Both the position numbers and the translations under genes were made by a program. The notes under the pieces are model-generated. The model was not told where the DNA came from and searched no databases. It saw only the letters and a list, made by a program, of their open reading frames with translations. Source: an uncultured Acidobacteriota bacterium (GTDB lineage: Bacteria; Acidobacteriota; UBA6911). From it: a stretch of 64,000 nt of DNA. This document shows, piece after piece, positions 1 to 8,985 of the stretch. Position 1 is the stretch's first letter, and every line of letters begins with the position of its first letter. The stretch covers positions 11,275 through 75,274 of the forward strand of contig CAZDMR010000006.1 in the NCBI GenBank assembly GCA_964506795.1, given 5' to 3'.

Positions 1-1473
1 AAGCCCGTTGAGAGCCGCGACAACCGGTTTTTTCATCTGGTCCATGTACTCCAGGACCTTCGAATTTCCGCGCGACAATGCCTGGCCCTTCTCATGATTG
101 CCGAAGGTAGCTACGAATCCGCCGATATCGGCGCCGGCGCAGAAGGCCTTGGGGCCATAGCCGGTGATCACGAATCCTTTCACGGATGGATCCGCTTCAC
201 CCTCTCTGAGCTCGGAGAGAATTTCATTGCAGGTGTGGTCGCTCAGGGCGTTTGCCGCCTGAGGCCTACGGATCGTGAGGATTCTCACTCCGTCTGTTTC
301 GTCGACCAGGACGTCCCGCGGGAAAGCGAGGTACTCCTCAATCGATTTTGTGGGCTGCGGATAACCGGGGCGGTCGGCATCGAACTTCTTCACGATGTCG
401 CGGACCTTATCGGCCCCTAAATCGACCATAAGATCGAATACGCCCTTTTTATAGGACAGAGCGATCACGCTGCCGAAATTAAGGTCAGTTTGAGTCCCGA
501 GGTTCCTGTCTTGGATATCGAAACATTGGCTGAAAACGGTTCCCAGGAAGCGCATCCGGATCCAATCCGCAAGTTCAGGAGGCACGTCGACCTTTGTGCG
601 GGGTTTATTGAAAGCCCATTGCGCTACCGACAACAGTATATAATTCGGCTTATAAACCTCTCTTTCAACCATTCTGCGGGTTTGGGACGCATAGGTCAGC
701 GGATTGCCGCCCCCAACACCCGTCACAAAAAAAGGCCCGGCGCCGATAAACTCTTCGCTGATGTAATCGATTTCCCTACAGGTAGCCCGATCCAGCATCC
801 ATATGGCTTCGCTCACCCATGTTTCAAACAGCCGGTTCAGAAGGAAGGAAGGGACATTTTTGGCCGCTATCGGCGCTTTTCCGGTATTGGCCAAAAACCA
901 CAGCAGGAAATCTATGGTGTTTTTATCCGCGCCTTCCCAATTGACTACCTCGACTCCCATGCTATACCACGCAGGGGCGAAGAAATGCGTAACAGCAGCC
1001 CTCTCCGGGTGCTTCAAATGACTGAAGATCTTATCCGCCGGAATGCCGCTGGTGTTGGATGTCATGATGGCATCCTCTGCGACTATCGATTCGAGCTGTG
1101 AAAAAATCTTCTTTTTTAACTCAATGTTTTCGGTCGCCGCTTCTATCACCAGAGTGCAATTTTTAAGCTTATTGTAGTCAGTGGTATATTCGATATTGCC
1201 CAGGATGGCTTCCACCTGTTCGGGGCGCAGCTTTTTTTTCTCCACTCCCTTTTTTGCATAACCTTCAAACCGCTGCTTCGATTCCTCCAAAGCGGCTTCG
1301 ACCACATCCACCAGGTACAGTTTTGTCTCCGGGATGCCCGTCCGGAAAAAATAGCCGATATCGGCGCCGATATTGCCGGCGCCGATCACCGCCATCTCTT
1401 TGGGCATCGGCCGGGTGGGGTGAATAAGGAAGGGATTAAAAAAGGTTGGGTACAGACTCACATTTTTCTTCAT
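1..1473 (-). CDS. 3-hydroxyacyl-CoA dehydrogenase / enoyl-CoA hydratase fusion protein (FadB-like, dehydrogenase domain N-terminal); 3' end runs off the window edge
   Basis: Hand translation of the minus strand from ATG at 1473 has no stop through position 1; it is absent from the ORF track because no stop lies in the window. SD AGGAGA sits 7 nt upstream. Rossmann motif AVIGAGNIGADIG is N-terminal, followed by crotonase-fold motifs (KGFVITGYGPKAFCAGADI). Confidence 0.8.
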   Translation of the reverse strand, partial: MKKNVSLYPTFFNPFLIHPTRPMPKEMAVIGAGNIGADIGYFFRTGIPETKLYLVDVVEAALEESKQRFEGYAKKGVEKKKLRPEQVEAILGNIEYTTDYNKLKNCTLVIEAATENIELKKKIFSQLESIVAEDAIMTSNTSGIPADKIFSHLKHPERAAVTHFFAPAWYSMGVEVVNWEGADKNTIDFLLWFLANTGKAPIAAKNVPSFLLNRLFETWVSEAIWMLDRATCREIDYISEEFIGAGPFFVTGVGGGNPLTYASQTRRMVEREVYKPNYILLSVAQWAFNKPRTKVDVPPELADWIRMRFLGTVFSQCFDIQDRNLGTQTDLNFGSVIALSYKKGVFDLMVDLGADKVRDIVKKFDADRPGYPQPTKSIEEYLAFPRDVLVDETDGVRILTIRRPQAANALSDHTCNEILSELREGEADPSVKGFVITGYGPKAFCAGADIGGFVATFGNHEKGQALSRGNSKVLEYMDQMKKPVVAALNGL

Positions 1474-1501
1474 TGAATGTCTCCTGCGATATCATCTTTT
1501 A

Positions 1502-2692
1502 TTAGTTAACCTTGATAACGAGGGCGGCGCTCGAATCTCCTGCCGCGCAGCCGGTCAGCAGCCCATAGCCGCCGCCTTTAAGGACCAATTCCTCGATCAA
1601 TTCCACGCCCAACCTCATGGCTGTGGGTCCTTGAGGGTGTCCATAAATCAGGGAGCTTCCGTAGTTGTTGAGTATTTTGTCGTCAATTCCGAACTCTTTT
1701 ACCATAACGATATCGTTAACGGTAAACGGATTATGCATTTTAACAGCCGCAAGATCGGAAACCGATATTCCCGCTTTTTCCACCGCCTGCCTTGATGCCG
1801 GCACCGGCGCCTCCGCCATGTGTGCCTTCTCGGCGCGGGCAAATCCGTAAGAAAGAATTTGGATGGTCACGGCCTTGTCGGCCGAGAGTTCAGCGGCCTT
1901 CTCCTTTGTGGTGACGATCATACCGCCATTCCCATCTGCCGCATGGGTCTGGGCGCCAAAGGTCAGGATGGAATCCGGGGAAACCGTTTTCAGCGCTGCC
2001 AGTCCTTCGGCGGTAGAGGCAATAATTCCTTCGTCTTCTTCCACCACGATGGTCTTCTTCCTCGAAATCCTGACCTCCAAAGGAAGCATGTAGCGCTTCT
2101 GAAATTTGCGGCCGTCTGCAGTCGAATCCGCGTACTTCAAGTACCGATTAAGAGCCATAGCATCGGATTGTTCGCGTGTAATGCCGTGTTTCTTGGCAAC
2201 GTTGTCGGCCGTGCCAATGGGGCTGGTTGCGGCAACCGGATCCCAGTTGAAACCATCGACCATCCAGCTTTCATAGTCCGGTTTTGCACCGGGGCCCGCA
2301 GGATTCGGCCAAAGAATGTTCGGCCCGTTCGATGTCCGGTCGGCGGTGGCCACCAATATGTTTGCGTTGTTTCCAGATTCGATGAAAGATGCGGCCACAT
2401 TGAGGGAAACAGTGGAGGTGGCGCACGCCTGGGAGACTCGGGGACCGCTGATTTTCGGATTGCCCATCAACGTGGCAAAGTGAGGGGCATCGTAAAACCA
2501 CAGCGGTTGGGGAATCGTTGCACCGTAGACAATACCATCGAAGATATCGGGCGTAATCCCGCGCAATTCAAAGAACCGTTTTGCTGCGGCAGCCGCCAGT
2601 TCCGTGGAATTCTGATTTTGCAGCGATCCCTGCCATTTGCAAAAAGGCGAGCTCCAGTATCCTTTGTAAGGGATATATACATTCTTAAACAT
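1502..2692 (-). CDS. acetyl-CoA acetyltransferase / 3-ketoacyl-CoA thiolase
   Basis: ORF 1502..2779 shows a thiolase fold (N-terminal Cys region ...SQACATS..., C-terminal GHPQGPTAMR / GCAAGDSSAALV). Start chosen at internal Met MFKNVYIP (2692), preceded by AAAGGAG. Confidence 0.85.
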   Translation of the reverse strand: MFKNVYIPYKGYWSSPFCKWQGSLQNQNSTELAAAAAKRFFELRGITPDIFDGIVYGATIPQPLWFYDAPHFATLMGNPKISGPRVSQACATSTVSLNVAASFIESGNNANILVATADRTSNGPNILWPNPAGPGAKPDYESWMVDGFNWDPVAATSPIGTADNVAKKHGITREQSDAMALNRYLKYADSTADGRKFQKRYMLPLEVRISRKKTIVVEEDEGIIASTAEGLAALKTVSPDSILTFGAQTHAADGNGGMIVTTKEKAAELSADKAVTIQILSYGFARAEKAHMAEAPVPASRQAVEKAGISVSDLAAVKMHNPFTVNDIVMVKEFGIDDKILNNYGSSLIYGHPQGPTAMRLGVELIEELVLKGGGYGLLTGCAAGDSSAALVIKVN

Positions 2693-3375
2693 TTCCAGCT
2701 CCTTTCGAGTAAATACTTTGCGACTCTCTATTAAGATCTTAGCTTCAGGGCTATAAGGTAATGTGAAACTGTCAGGCAATGCAGATAAGGATGCAAGGCT
2801 TTTGAGGCCTTGAAACGGCCCACATGCTTTCTGAAATAACGAATGAGGTCTTCTTCCATCACCCTTGGTTCATTTTTTGAAACAAGCATGGCATGGCCGC
2901 TTTTCAGACTTTAAAAGATTCAAGCCAGTTCCACGACAAGCCGCCGTCTCCGAAAAATTTAGGTTGGTGAACATGGGGATTCAATCCTATGGCGACTACG
3001 GGGAAGGATTCGCCGCCTTGCGGCCTACCCATTACCTGATTTTAATCAGTTCAAAATCTCAAATGCGCGCTGGGTAACCTCTTTTCTCGCATCCTTGATG
3101 CCGTCCAGTGCGCGTTTGAGATTTCGCAAATTAGGATAGTAGAGACAGAGAAACATAGTCAAGCACGAAATGCCGTGTTTTGGAGCTATGTTATAGCAGA
3201 TGAAAGCCCTTTGCCCAAAGTGGTCCTTGACACCAAAACGAACATGTTGATAACGTAAAAACCCATTTCCTGGGACGGAACAAGTTGGGTTTTTACTTTG
3301 AGGGAAAGCCCGAGAGATGAAAAAGTACTTTGATTATAGTACCTTGCGATGGATCCACAGACACGGGAGACGCCT

Positions 3376-5532
3376 ATGGGAAAGATTTTATCGTTAGACG
3401 CGTTCTTTAAACCGCAGAGTGTAGCTATTGTCGGAGCGTCCTCTGATCCTAAAAAACCCGGCAACACTGCGCTCAAAAACCTCGTGTCCATGGGCTACCA
3501 GGGAAAGATCTTCCCGGTCAATCCGCGCGAGGATTCCATCCTCGGATTGCGCTGCTACAAGAGCATGCTGGACATCCCTGAACCGGTGGACGTTTGCGTT
3601 TTGCTGGTATCCGCCGATCTGACGATGCAGGTGGCCGAAGAACTCGTTCAAAGGAAGCGCCGGCTTGACGATGTATCCGCGGCCGTGTGCATGTCCGCAG
3701 GGTTCGGAGAACTGGGAACAAGCGAGGGAAAGCGGCGCGAGCAGGAACTCGTTCGGGCTTTAAGATCAGCTTCAATCAGGCTTATCGGGCCCAACTGCGT
3801 TGGGGTCATCGATGCTTACAGCGGATTCAACACCAATTTCGATATTCCGGCTTACGCGAAAGGCGGCGTCAGCATCCTCACACAGAGCGGCGCATTCGCC
3901 AATTCTTTCCTTTTCTGGGCGCAGAGACTGCGCTTGATCGGCCTCAGCAAATTCGCTTCGATCGGAAACATGGCCGACGTTAGCATGAGCGAACTGCTGA
4001 GTTACCTCAAAGACGATGATTCCACGCGCGTTATTGCAATTTATTTGGAGGGATTCTCGAATCCCAGGGAATTTTTTGAGAGCGCCCGCGACGTCAGCGC
4101 TGTAAAGCCCATTGTGGCAATAAAAACCGGCAAAAGCGATGTCGGCTCGAAAGCCGCTTTATCGCACACCGGTTCCGTGGCAGGATCAGATTCGATTTAC
4201 GACGGCGCTTTTAAACAGGCGGGAATCATTCGAGCCAAGACCATACTTGAATTCTACGATACCTTGAGAGCCTTCGAGAAGCAGCCGGTCCCGCAAGGGA
4301 GCCGCGTATCTGTTCTTACGCATATGGGCGGGCCCGGAACAATCTGCATCGATGAAATTTCCTCCATACCCGAACTGCAACTGGCCAAACTCTCGCCCGA
4401 GACGCAAAAGGCCCTAAAAAGCATTTGCGCTCCGATGGCGAACATCGGGCATCCCGACGGCTACGTGGATTTGACTGCCGCCCATTACGAAAAACTTCAC
4501 AACAAAGTCTTGCAGATTCTGTTCCAGGATAAAAACATCGACATGGTTCTTCAGATCCTCGCTCCGAGCGCATTCCTTGACCAGAAGCTTCTCGTGAAGG
4601 AAATCGTCGAAGCCTGCCGATTGCAGCAAGGGGGAAAAACATTCCTGAACGCAGTGACTTTCGGTGAATTTGCGCATGACGCCAGGCAGGGCCTCGAGGA
4701 TGCGGGCCTGCCGACCTTCGAATATACCGATATGCTCGCCAGGGTCGCGGGGAATATGGCAACTTATGCCGCTTTCGGCAAATCTCACTCCGGACAAGCC
4801 GGAGTTCCTCAATATAAGCTGAATCCGAAGAACCGGTCCGCGGAGGTCATTTCGAACGCATCAAATCGCGGACGAGTCAGCCTTTTGGAACCCGAGGCAT
4901 ACGAGGTATGCGGCGAATATGGAATAAGCGTGCCTCCCTTCCGGGTTGTGGAATCGGTCGAGGATGCAGTTGCTTCAGCCAATGAAATCGGGTATCCGGT
5001 TGCATTAAAGATCGTTTCGGAAGAAATCCTGCATAAGACAGATGCCGGAGGGGTGATGCTTGGGATAGATTCGGACAGCGGGTTGAAAGGATCTTACGAA
5101 CAGCTCGCCGCAAATGCAAAGAAAGCCGCTCCGAACTTATCCACGGTGAGGGTGCTGGTCCAGAAGATGATCCCTTCTAACACCGAGCTTGTGCTCGGAG
5201 CGCTCAGAGATAAGTCTTTTGGGCCTACGGTTATGTTCGGAATGGGCGGGATTTATGTGGAAGCGCTGAAGATGGTGGGCTTTCGCCTCTCGCCGATCCG
5301 CCTTGACGACGCGAGAAAGCTGATACACGAGACGCTCCCTCCCGCTCTGATCAAGGGAGTGCGAGGGAGGGAGCCGATGAACGTGGATTCCATTGCCGGC
5401 GTCCTTGTGTCGCTCGGACAAATGCTCGAAGAACAACCGCAAATCGAGGAAGTGGATTTCAATCCCGTTCTTCCATACCAGGACGGCTGCATTGCCGTCG
5501 ATGCAAGAATCATAATTTCAAAGTCCCGGTAA
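3376..5532 (+). CDS. acyl-CoA synthetase (NDP/ADP-forming), fused alpha+beta: CoA-binding, succinyl-CoA-synthetase-like and ATP-grasp domains
   Basis: 727-aa ORF with N-terminal CoA-binding signature (VAIVGASSDPKKPG) and C-terminal ATP-grasp (GYPVALKIVSEEILHKTDAGGV). Start at MGKILSLD, which has an SD. Confidence 0.8.
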   Translation: MGKILSLDAFFKPQSVAIVGASSDPKKPGNTALKNLVSMGYQGKIFPVNPREDSILGLRCYKSMLDIPEPVDVCVLLVSADLTMQVAEELVQRKRRLDDVSAAVCMSAGFGELGTSEGKRREQELVRALRSASIRLIGPNCVGVIDAYSGFNTNFDIPAYAKGGVSILTQSGAFANSFLFWAQRLRLIGLSKFASIGNMADVSMSELLSYLKDDDSTRVIAIYLEGFSNPREFFESARDVSAVKPIVAIKTGKSDVGSKAALSHTGSVAGSDSIYDGAFKQAGIIRAKTILEFYDTLRAFEKQPVPQGSRVSVLTHMGGPGTICIDEISSIPELQLAKLSPETQKALKSICAPMANIGHPDGYVDLTAAHYEKLHNKVLQILFQDKNIDMVLQILAPSAFLDQKLLVKEIVEACRLQQGGKTFLNAVTFGEFAHDARQGLEDAGLPTFEYTDMLARVAGNMATYAAFGKSHSGQAGVPQYKLNPKNRSAEVISNASNRGRVSLLEPEAYEVCGEYGISVPPFRVVESVEDAVASANEIGYPVALKIVSEEILHKTDAGGVMLGIDSDSGLKGSYEQLAANAKKAAPNLSTVRVLVQKMIPSNTELVLGALRDKSFGPTVMFGMGGIYVEALKMVGFRLSPIRLDDARKLIHETLPPALIKGVRGREPMNVDSIAGVLVSLGQMLEEQPQIEEVDFNPVLPYQDGCIAVDARIIISKSR

Positions 5533-5641
5533 GCTGCAAAAGCGAACACAATCTTTCCGGAACTCGACGAGTTCGCCCGCGCAGGTCTCGTGTTGCGCTA
5601 AGCGCGAATTGCCAAAAGGCCGCATCCCGCAAATGAGGAGT

Positions 5642-6547
5642 ATGCCAGTGAAAAAATTGTGCAGCTTGAGCGATGCGGTCGCTTCCATCCCCTCCGGCTC
5701 GCATGTGGCGCTGTCCGGTTTTGCCATTACCCGATGCGCCATGGCCTTTGCGCGCGAAGTCATCCGCCAGGGGATCAAAAAACTTACGATCTCGCAGTGC
5801 GTCGGCGCCATGGATACCGATCTCTTGGTGGGCGGAGGAGCCGTGGAGCGCCTCGTTTACGGCGGGGGCACTCTCGACCGTTTCGGGAGACTCGCTTGCG
5901 TGAATGCCGGGATCGAAAACGGTTCGCTCTCCGCCGAAGAATACAGCAGCCTTTCGATTGCTTTCCGTTACCTGGCCGGATCTCTGGGCATACCGTTTAT
6001 TCCAATAAGATCGCTTTCCGGATCGAGCCTCCTGAGCCGGCTCCAGGAGCAGTCGCAACCGCACGCCGCCTTCATCAATGATCCCTTTACAGGCGACCGG
6101 TGGCTGGTTTTGAAACCTCTGCTGCCCGACGTTGCCGTGGTCCAAGTCCAGACCTGCGACGAGGAAGGCAACGCCTGGATTATGGGCCCCAAGTGGGATT
6201 CTCCTGAACAGGCCAAGGCGAGCTCCCGCACAATCGTTATTGCCGAGCACGTCGTGCCGACAGAGATGATCCGCCGGGAGCCGGAACGGTGTGTTATCCC
6301 GAATCTGCTGGTTTCCCACGTGGTGGAACTCCCCTTTGGAGCGCATCCGACTTCCTTATATCGCGAGTATGATTACGACGCGGACGAAATCAGAAGATAC
6401 GTCGAAGCCGCCAAGAAACCGGATTCGTGGAAGACTTACCTGGATAAATATGTATATGGCGTCAAAGACCACTGGGAATACCTCGAATTGGTCGGCGGTC
6501 TTCGGCATCTTAGGAGTATTCAGGCTGATCCTATCTTGGGGTATTAA
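5642..6547 (+). CDS. CoA-transferase subunit A (glutaconate / 3-oxoacid CoA-transferase A family)
   Basis: Residues KKLCSLSDAVASIPSGSHVALSGF match the start of GctA/AtoD-like subunits. Start is ATG 5642 or GTG 5648; GAGGAG at 5635-5640 favours 5648. Confidence 0.75.
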   Translation: MPVKKLCSLSDAVASIPSGSHVALSGFAITRCAMAFAREVIRQGIKKLTISQCVGAMDTDLLVGGGAVERLVYGGGTLDRFGRLACVNAGIENGSLSAEEYSSLSIAFRYLAGSLGIPFIPIRSLSGSSLLSRLQEQSQPHAAFINDPFTGDRWLVLKPLLPDVAVVQVQTCDEEGNAWIMGPKWDSPEQAKASSRTIVIAEHVVPTEMIRREPERCVIPNLLVSHVVELPFGAHPTSLYREYDYDADEIRRYVEAAKKPDSWKTYLDKYVYGVKDHWEYLELVGGLRHLRSIQADPILGY

Positions 6548-6557
6548 CGAGCTAGAC

Positions 6558-7316
6558 ATGGATTTTACACCCTCTGAATTAATGGCGGTTTCCGGCGCCC
6601 GTGAATTGAAAGACGGCCAGATTGTGGCTGTGGGAATAGGGCTGCCGATGGTGGCTTCATTTCTCGCGAAAAAGAGCCATGCCCCCAATATGATTATTTT
6701 GTTTGAACTGGGAGTGATCGATCCTGAGCCGATTCACACCGGCGTGGGACTCGCCGACCCCAGGGTTTGGTATCGGGCAAAGACTCACAGCAGCTTTGTC
6801 GATATCCTGGGGACCGTTCTGCACCGCGGACGCGTGGATGTCGGTTTTCTGGGAGGGATCGAAGCGGATCCATTCGGCAATCTGAATACCACGATGGTCG
6901 GCGATCCTAAAGGCAAGTTTCGCCACATGGTCGGAAGCGGCGGCGCAAATGATATCGCGTCGTGCGCAAAAAAGACAATCATCATCATGCGCCAGGAGAA
7001 ACGCAAATTCCGGCAAACGATTTCATTTGTGACCAGTCCCGGATTCGTGAATGGGGGCGACAGCCGGAAAAAGGCCGGATTGCAGGGAGGGCCGAGCCGC
7101 GTCATAACCGACAAAGCGATTTATGGATTCGATCCGGAAACCAAAGCGATGATGCTCGTTTCTATACATCCCGGCAGCACGCTGAGGGATGTTACCTCGA
7201 CGCTGGGTTTCGAGCCCATTGTCCCGCCTCACGTTCCCTTTACGGAGCCGCCGACATCCGAGCAGCTCCGCCTGATACGCGAAGTAATCGATCCGGAACG
7301 GATGTACATGGAATAG
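6558..7316 (+). CDS. CoA-transferase subunit B
   Basis: Start at internal Met MDFTPSELMAVSGAR, 10 nt after the subunit-A stop. The SENG-like region (GGIEADPFGNLNTT) is typical of the family III-like B subunit. Confidence 0.8.
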   Translation: MDFTPSELMAVSGARELKDGQIVAVGIGLPMVASFLAKKSHAPNMIILFELGVIDPEPIHTGVGLADPRVWYRAKTHSSFVDILGTVLHRGRVDVGFLGGIEADPFGNLNTTMVGDPKGKFRHMVGSGGANDIASCAKKTIIIMRQEKRKFRQTISFVTSPGFVNGGDSRKKAGLQGGPSRVITDKAIYGFDPETKAMMLVSIHPGSTLRDVTSTLGFEPIVPPHVPFTEPPTSEQLRLIREVIDPERMYME

Positions 7317-7422
7317 ATCATGCGAGAGCTTTTTTGCCCTGCCTTCACGGCGAGTGAATGCCGACGGGGCAGTGTTTAACATAAACGCCAACTCGATTGC
7401 GGCGGCAGCCGCATTCGGCATT

Positions 7423-8139
7423 TCAGCCGGCCAGCCCAAGCAGCAGCCCGGTTAGCTCCTTCGGCTTGGTAATCATTGCGTCGTGGCCGGCCGCCAGCTC
7501 ATAGAACCTCCAGGATTTATCCTTCCGCGCCCGCTCCGCGAACTGGACGAAGGGGATGTCCGGCGGATTGTTGCACCATATGAATGTGCGCGGGATTAGG
7601 GCCCCCTGCCCGTCAATGAGGCGGACGGGGTCGAGTTTTGTCTTCAACGGATGAGGATCCATGCGTGGGCGCACCCAAGCCAGATCGGCTTCGTCCGTCA
7701 CTCCGAAGGCTTCAGGCGGGATCACGGCGGGCAGTTTGTAGCCTTCACCCTCCGTCTGCGTTCTTTCAACGAAAAGCTTCCGGGTCTCCGGTGACTGATA
7801 GTCGACCAGGGCTTTGCCGTCTTCGGGCACGAACGCGTCAAGGTATACGAGCTGTGCGATGCGGTCGGGCGCCCTATAGGCTACGCCTGTAACCACCATC
7901 CCCGCATAGCTGTGTCCGACCAGGATCACATCCCTCAGATCCTCATATTCCATCACCCCCAACACGTCCGCGATGTGAGTTTCGAGGCCGATTTCCGGAC
8001 TCATCAAATGCTTACGCTCCCCGAGCCCTGTGAGCGTCGGCGTGAAAACCTCGTGCCCCGAAGCTCTCAGCAGACGCGCTACCCGCTTCCAGCACCAGCC
8101 ACCGTGCCAGGCACCGTGGACAAGCAAATAGTCGGCCAT
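7423..8139 (-). CDS. alpha/beta-hydrolase fold esterase (methylesterase / salicylate-esterase-like)
   Basis: Nucleophile elbow GHSYAG. Strong AGGAGG 8 nt upstream of the ATG at 8139. Confidence 0.75.
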   Translation of the reverse strand: MADYLLVHGAWHGGWCWKRVARLLRASGHEVFTPTLTGLGERKHLMSPEIGLETHIADVLGVMEYEDLRDVILVGHSYAGMVVTGVAYRAPDRIAQLVYLDAFVPEDGKALVDYQSPETRKLFVERTQTEGEGYKLPAVIPPEAFGVTDEADLAWVRPRMDPHPLKTKLDPVRLIDGQGALIPRTFIWCNNPPDIPFVQFAERARKDKSWRFYELAAGHDAMITKPKELTGLLLGLAG

Positions 8140-8418
8140 AGCAACCTCCTGCTCATGCGAAAATCCCCGCCTTTTTGACGCCTACACAAAAAATTGCATA
8201 TTTGAATAGCTTAAGAAAAGGCAAGTATAGCCAGGCGGCGCGCGCAAGTTCAACGATTTGATGACGCCCGTTCCGGTACCGCGATAGGGGCCGCTTTCGT
8301 TTGCGGCCCAAAAGGCTCCCTGAGAATTCATCTATGCGGCGCCGATGCCGGCTTTGTCAATTTTGCATAGTCATATCGGAGACATTCCGGTTTAGAATAT
8401 TTGCAAAGGATTTTCGCA

Positions 8419-8985
8419 ATGAAGCAGGATGAGGGTAAAGGAATGCCGGGGGAGAGTCTTTCTGCGCTTCAGCTTTCTCGGATTATGCCGGAAGCCTATG
8501 ACGAGCTTCGGAAGCTGGCGCATTTTTACATGGCGAGGGAAAGGAAGGGCGCCGGGACCCTTCAGGCGACCGCGCTGGTCAATGAAGCCTACCTCAGGCT
8601 GAAGAAAGAGAAACTGCATCGCTGGCGAAATCGCGCGCACTTCTGCGCTATCGCCGCTCACGCCATGCGGGAAATCCTTGTTGAAAAAGCGAGAGCCAGG
8701 GCCGCAAAAAAACGGGGGGGCGCCGGCGCGCCCGCGACTTTCGTGGACAATATCGCTTTCGGACGGGAGCAATCAATAGATCTTTTATCCCTGAATGAAG
8801 CCATGGAACGCCTCAACCGGCAGGATGAGAAACTCGCGCGCGTGGTGGAGCTCCGCTTTTTCGGCGGGCTGACGGTCGAGGAGACGGCTGAGTCCCTGGG
8901 CATTTCCCCCGTCTCCGTAAAGCGCGCCTGGAGCATGGCAAAAGCGTGGCTGAAGAGAGAACTGGAGAGCGGCGGTGGATCCTGA
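8419..8985 (+). CDS. ECF-type RNA polymerase sigma factor (kinase-associated ECF group)
   Basis: Sigma-70 region 2 and region 4 motifs (VNEAYLRL..., LRFFGGLTVEETAESLGIS). Its stop overlaps the downstream kinase start by 11 nt. Confidence 0.8.
   Translation: MKQDEGKGMPGESLSALQLSRIMPEAYDELRKLAHFYMARERKGAGTLQATALVNEAYLRLKKEKLHRWRNRAHFCAIAAHAMREILVEKARARAAKKRGGAGAPATFVDNIAFGREQSIDLLSLNEAMERLNRQDEKLARVVELRFFGGLTVEETAESLGISPVSVKRAWSMAKAWLKRELESGGGS

Noticed and set aside
94-1101. Plus-strand ORFs 94..420, 490..1101 and 803..1021
   Set aside because: They lie antisense to the well-supported minus-strand FadB-like gene (1..1473), have no motifs, and are GC-rich antisense artefacts.
1820-2734. 304-aa plus-strand ORF
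   Set aside because: It lies antisense to the thiolase gene and has a low-complexity Arg/Gly-rich translation.
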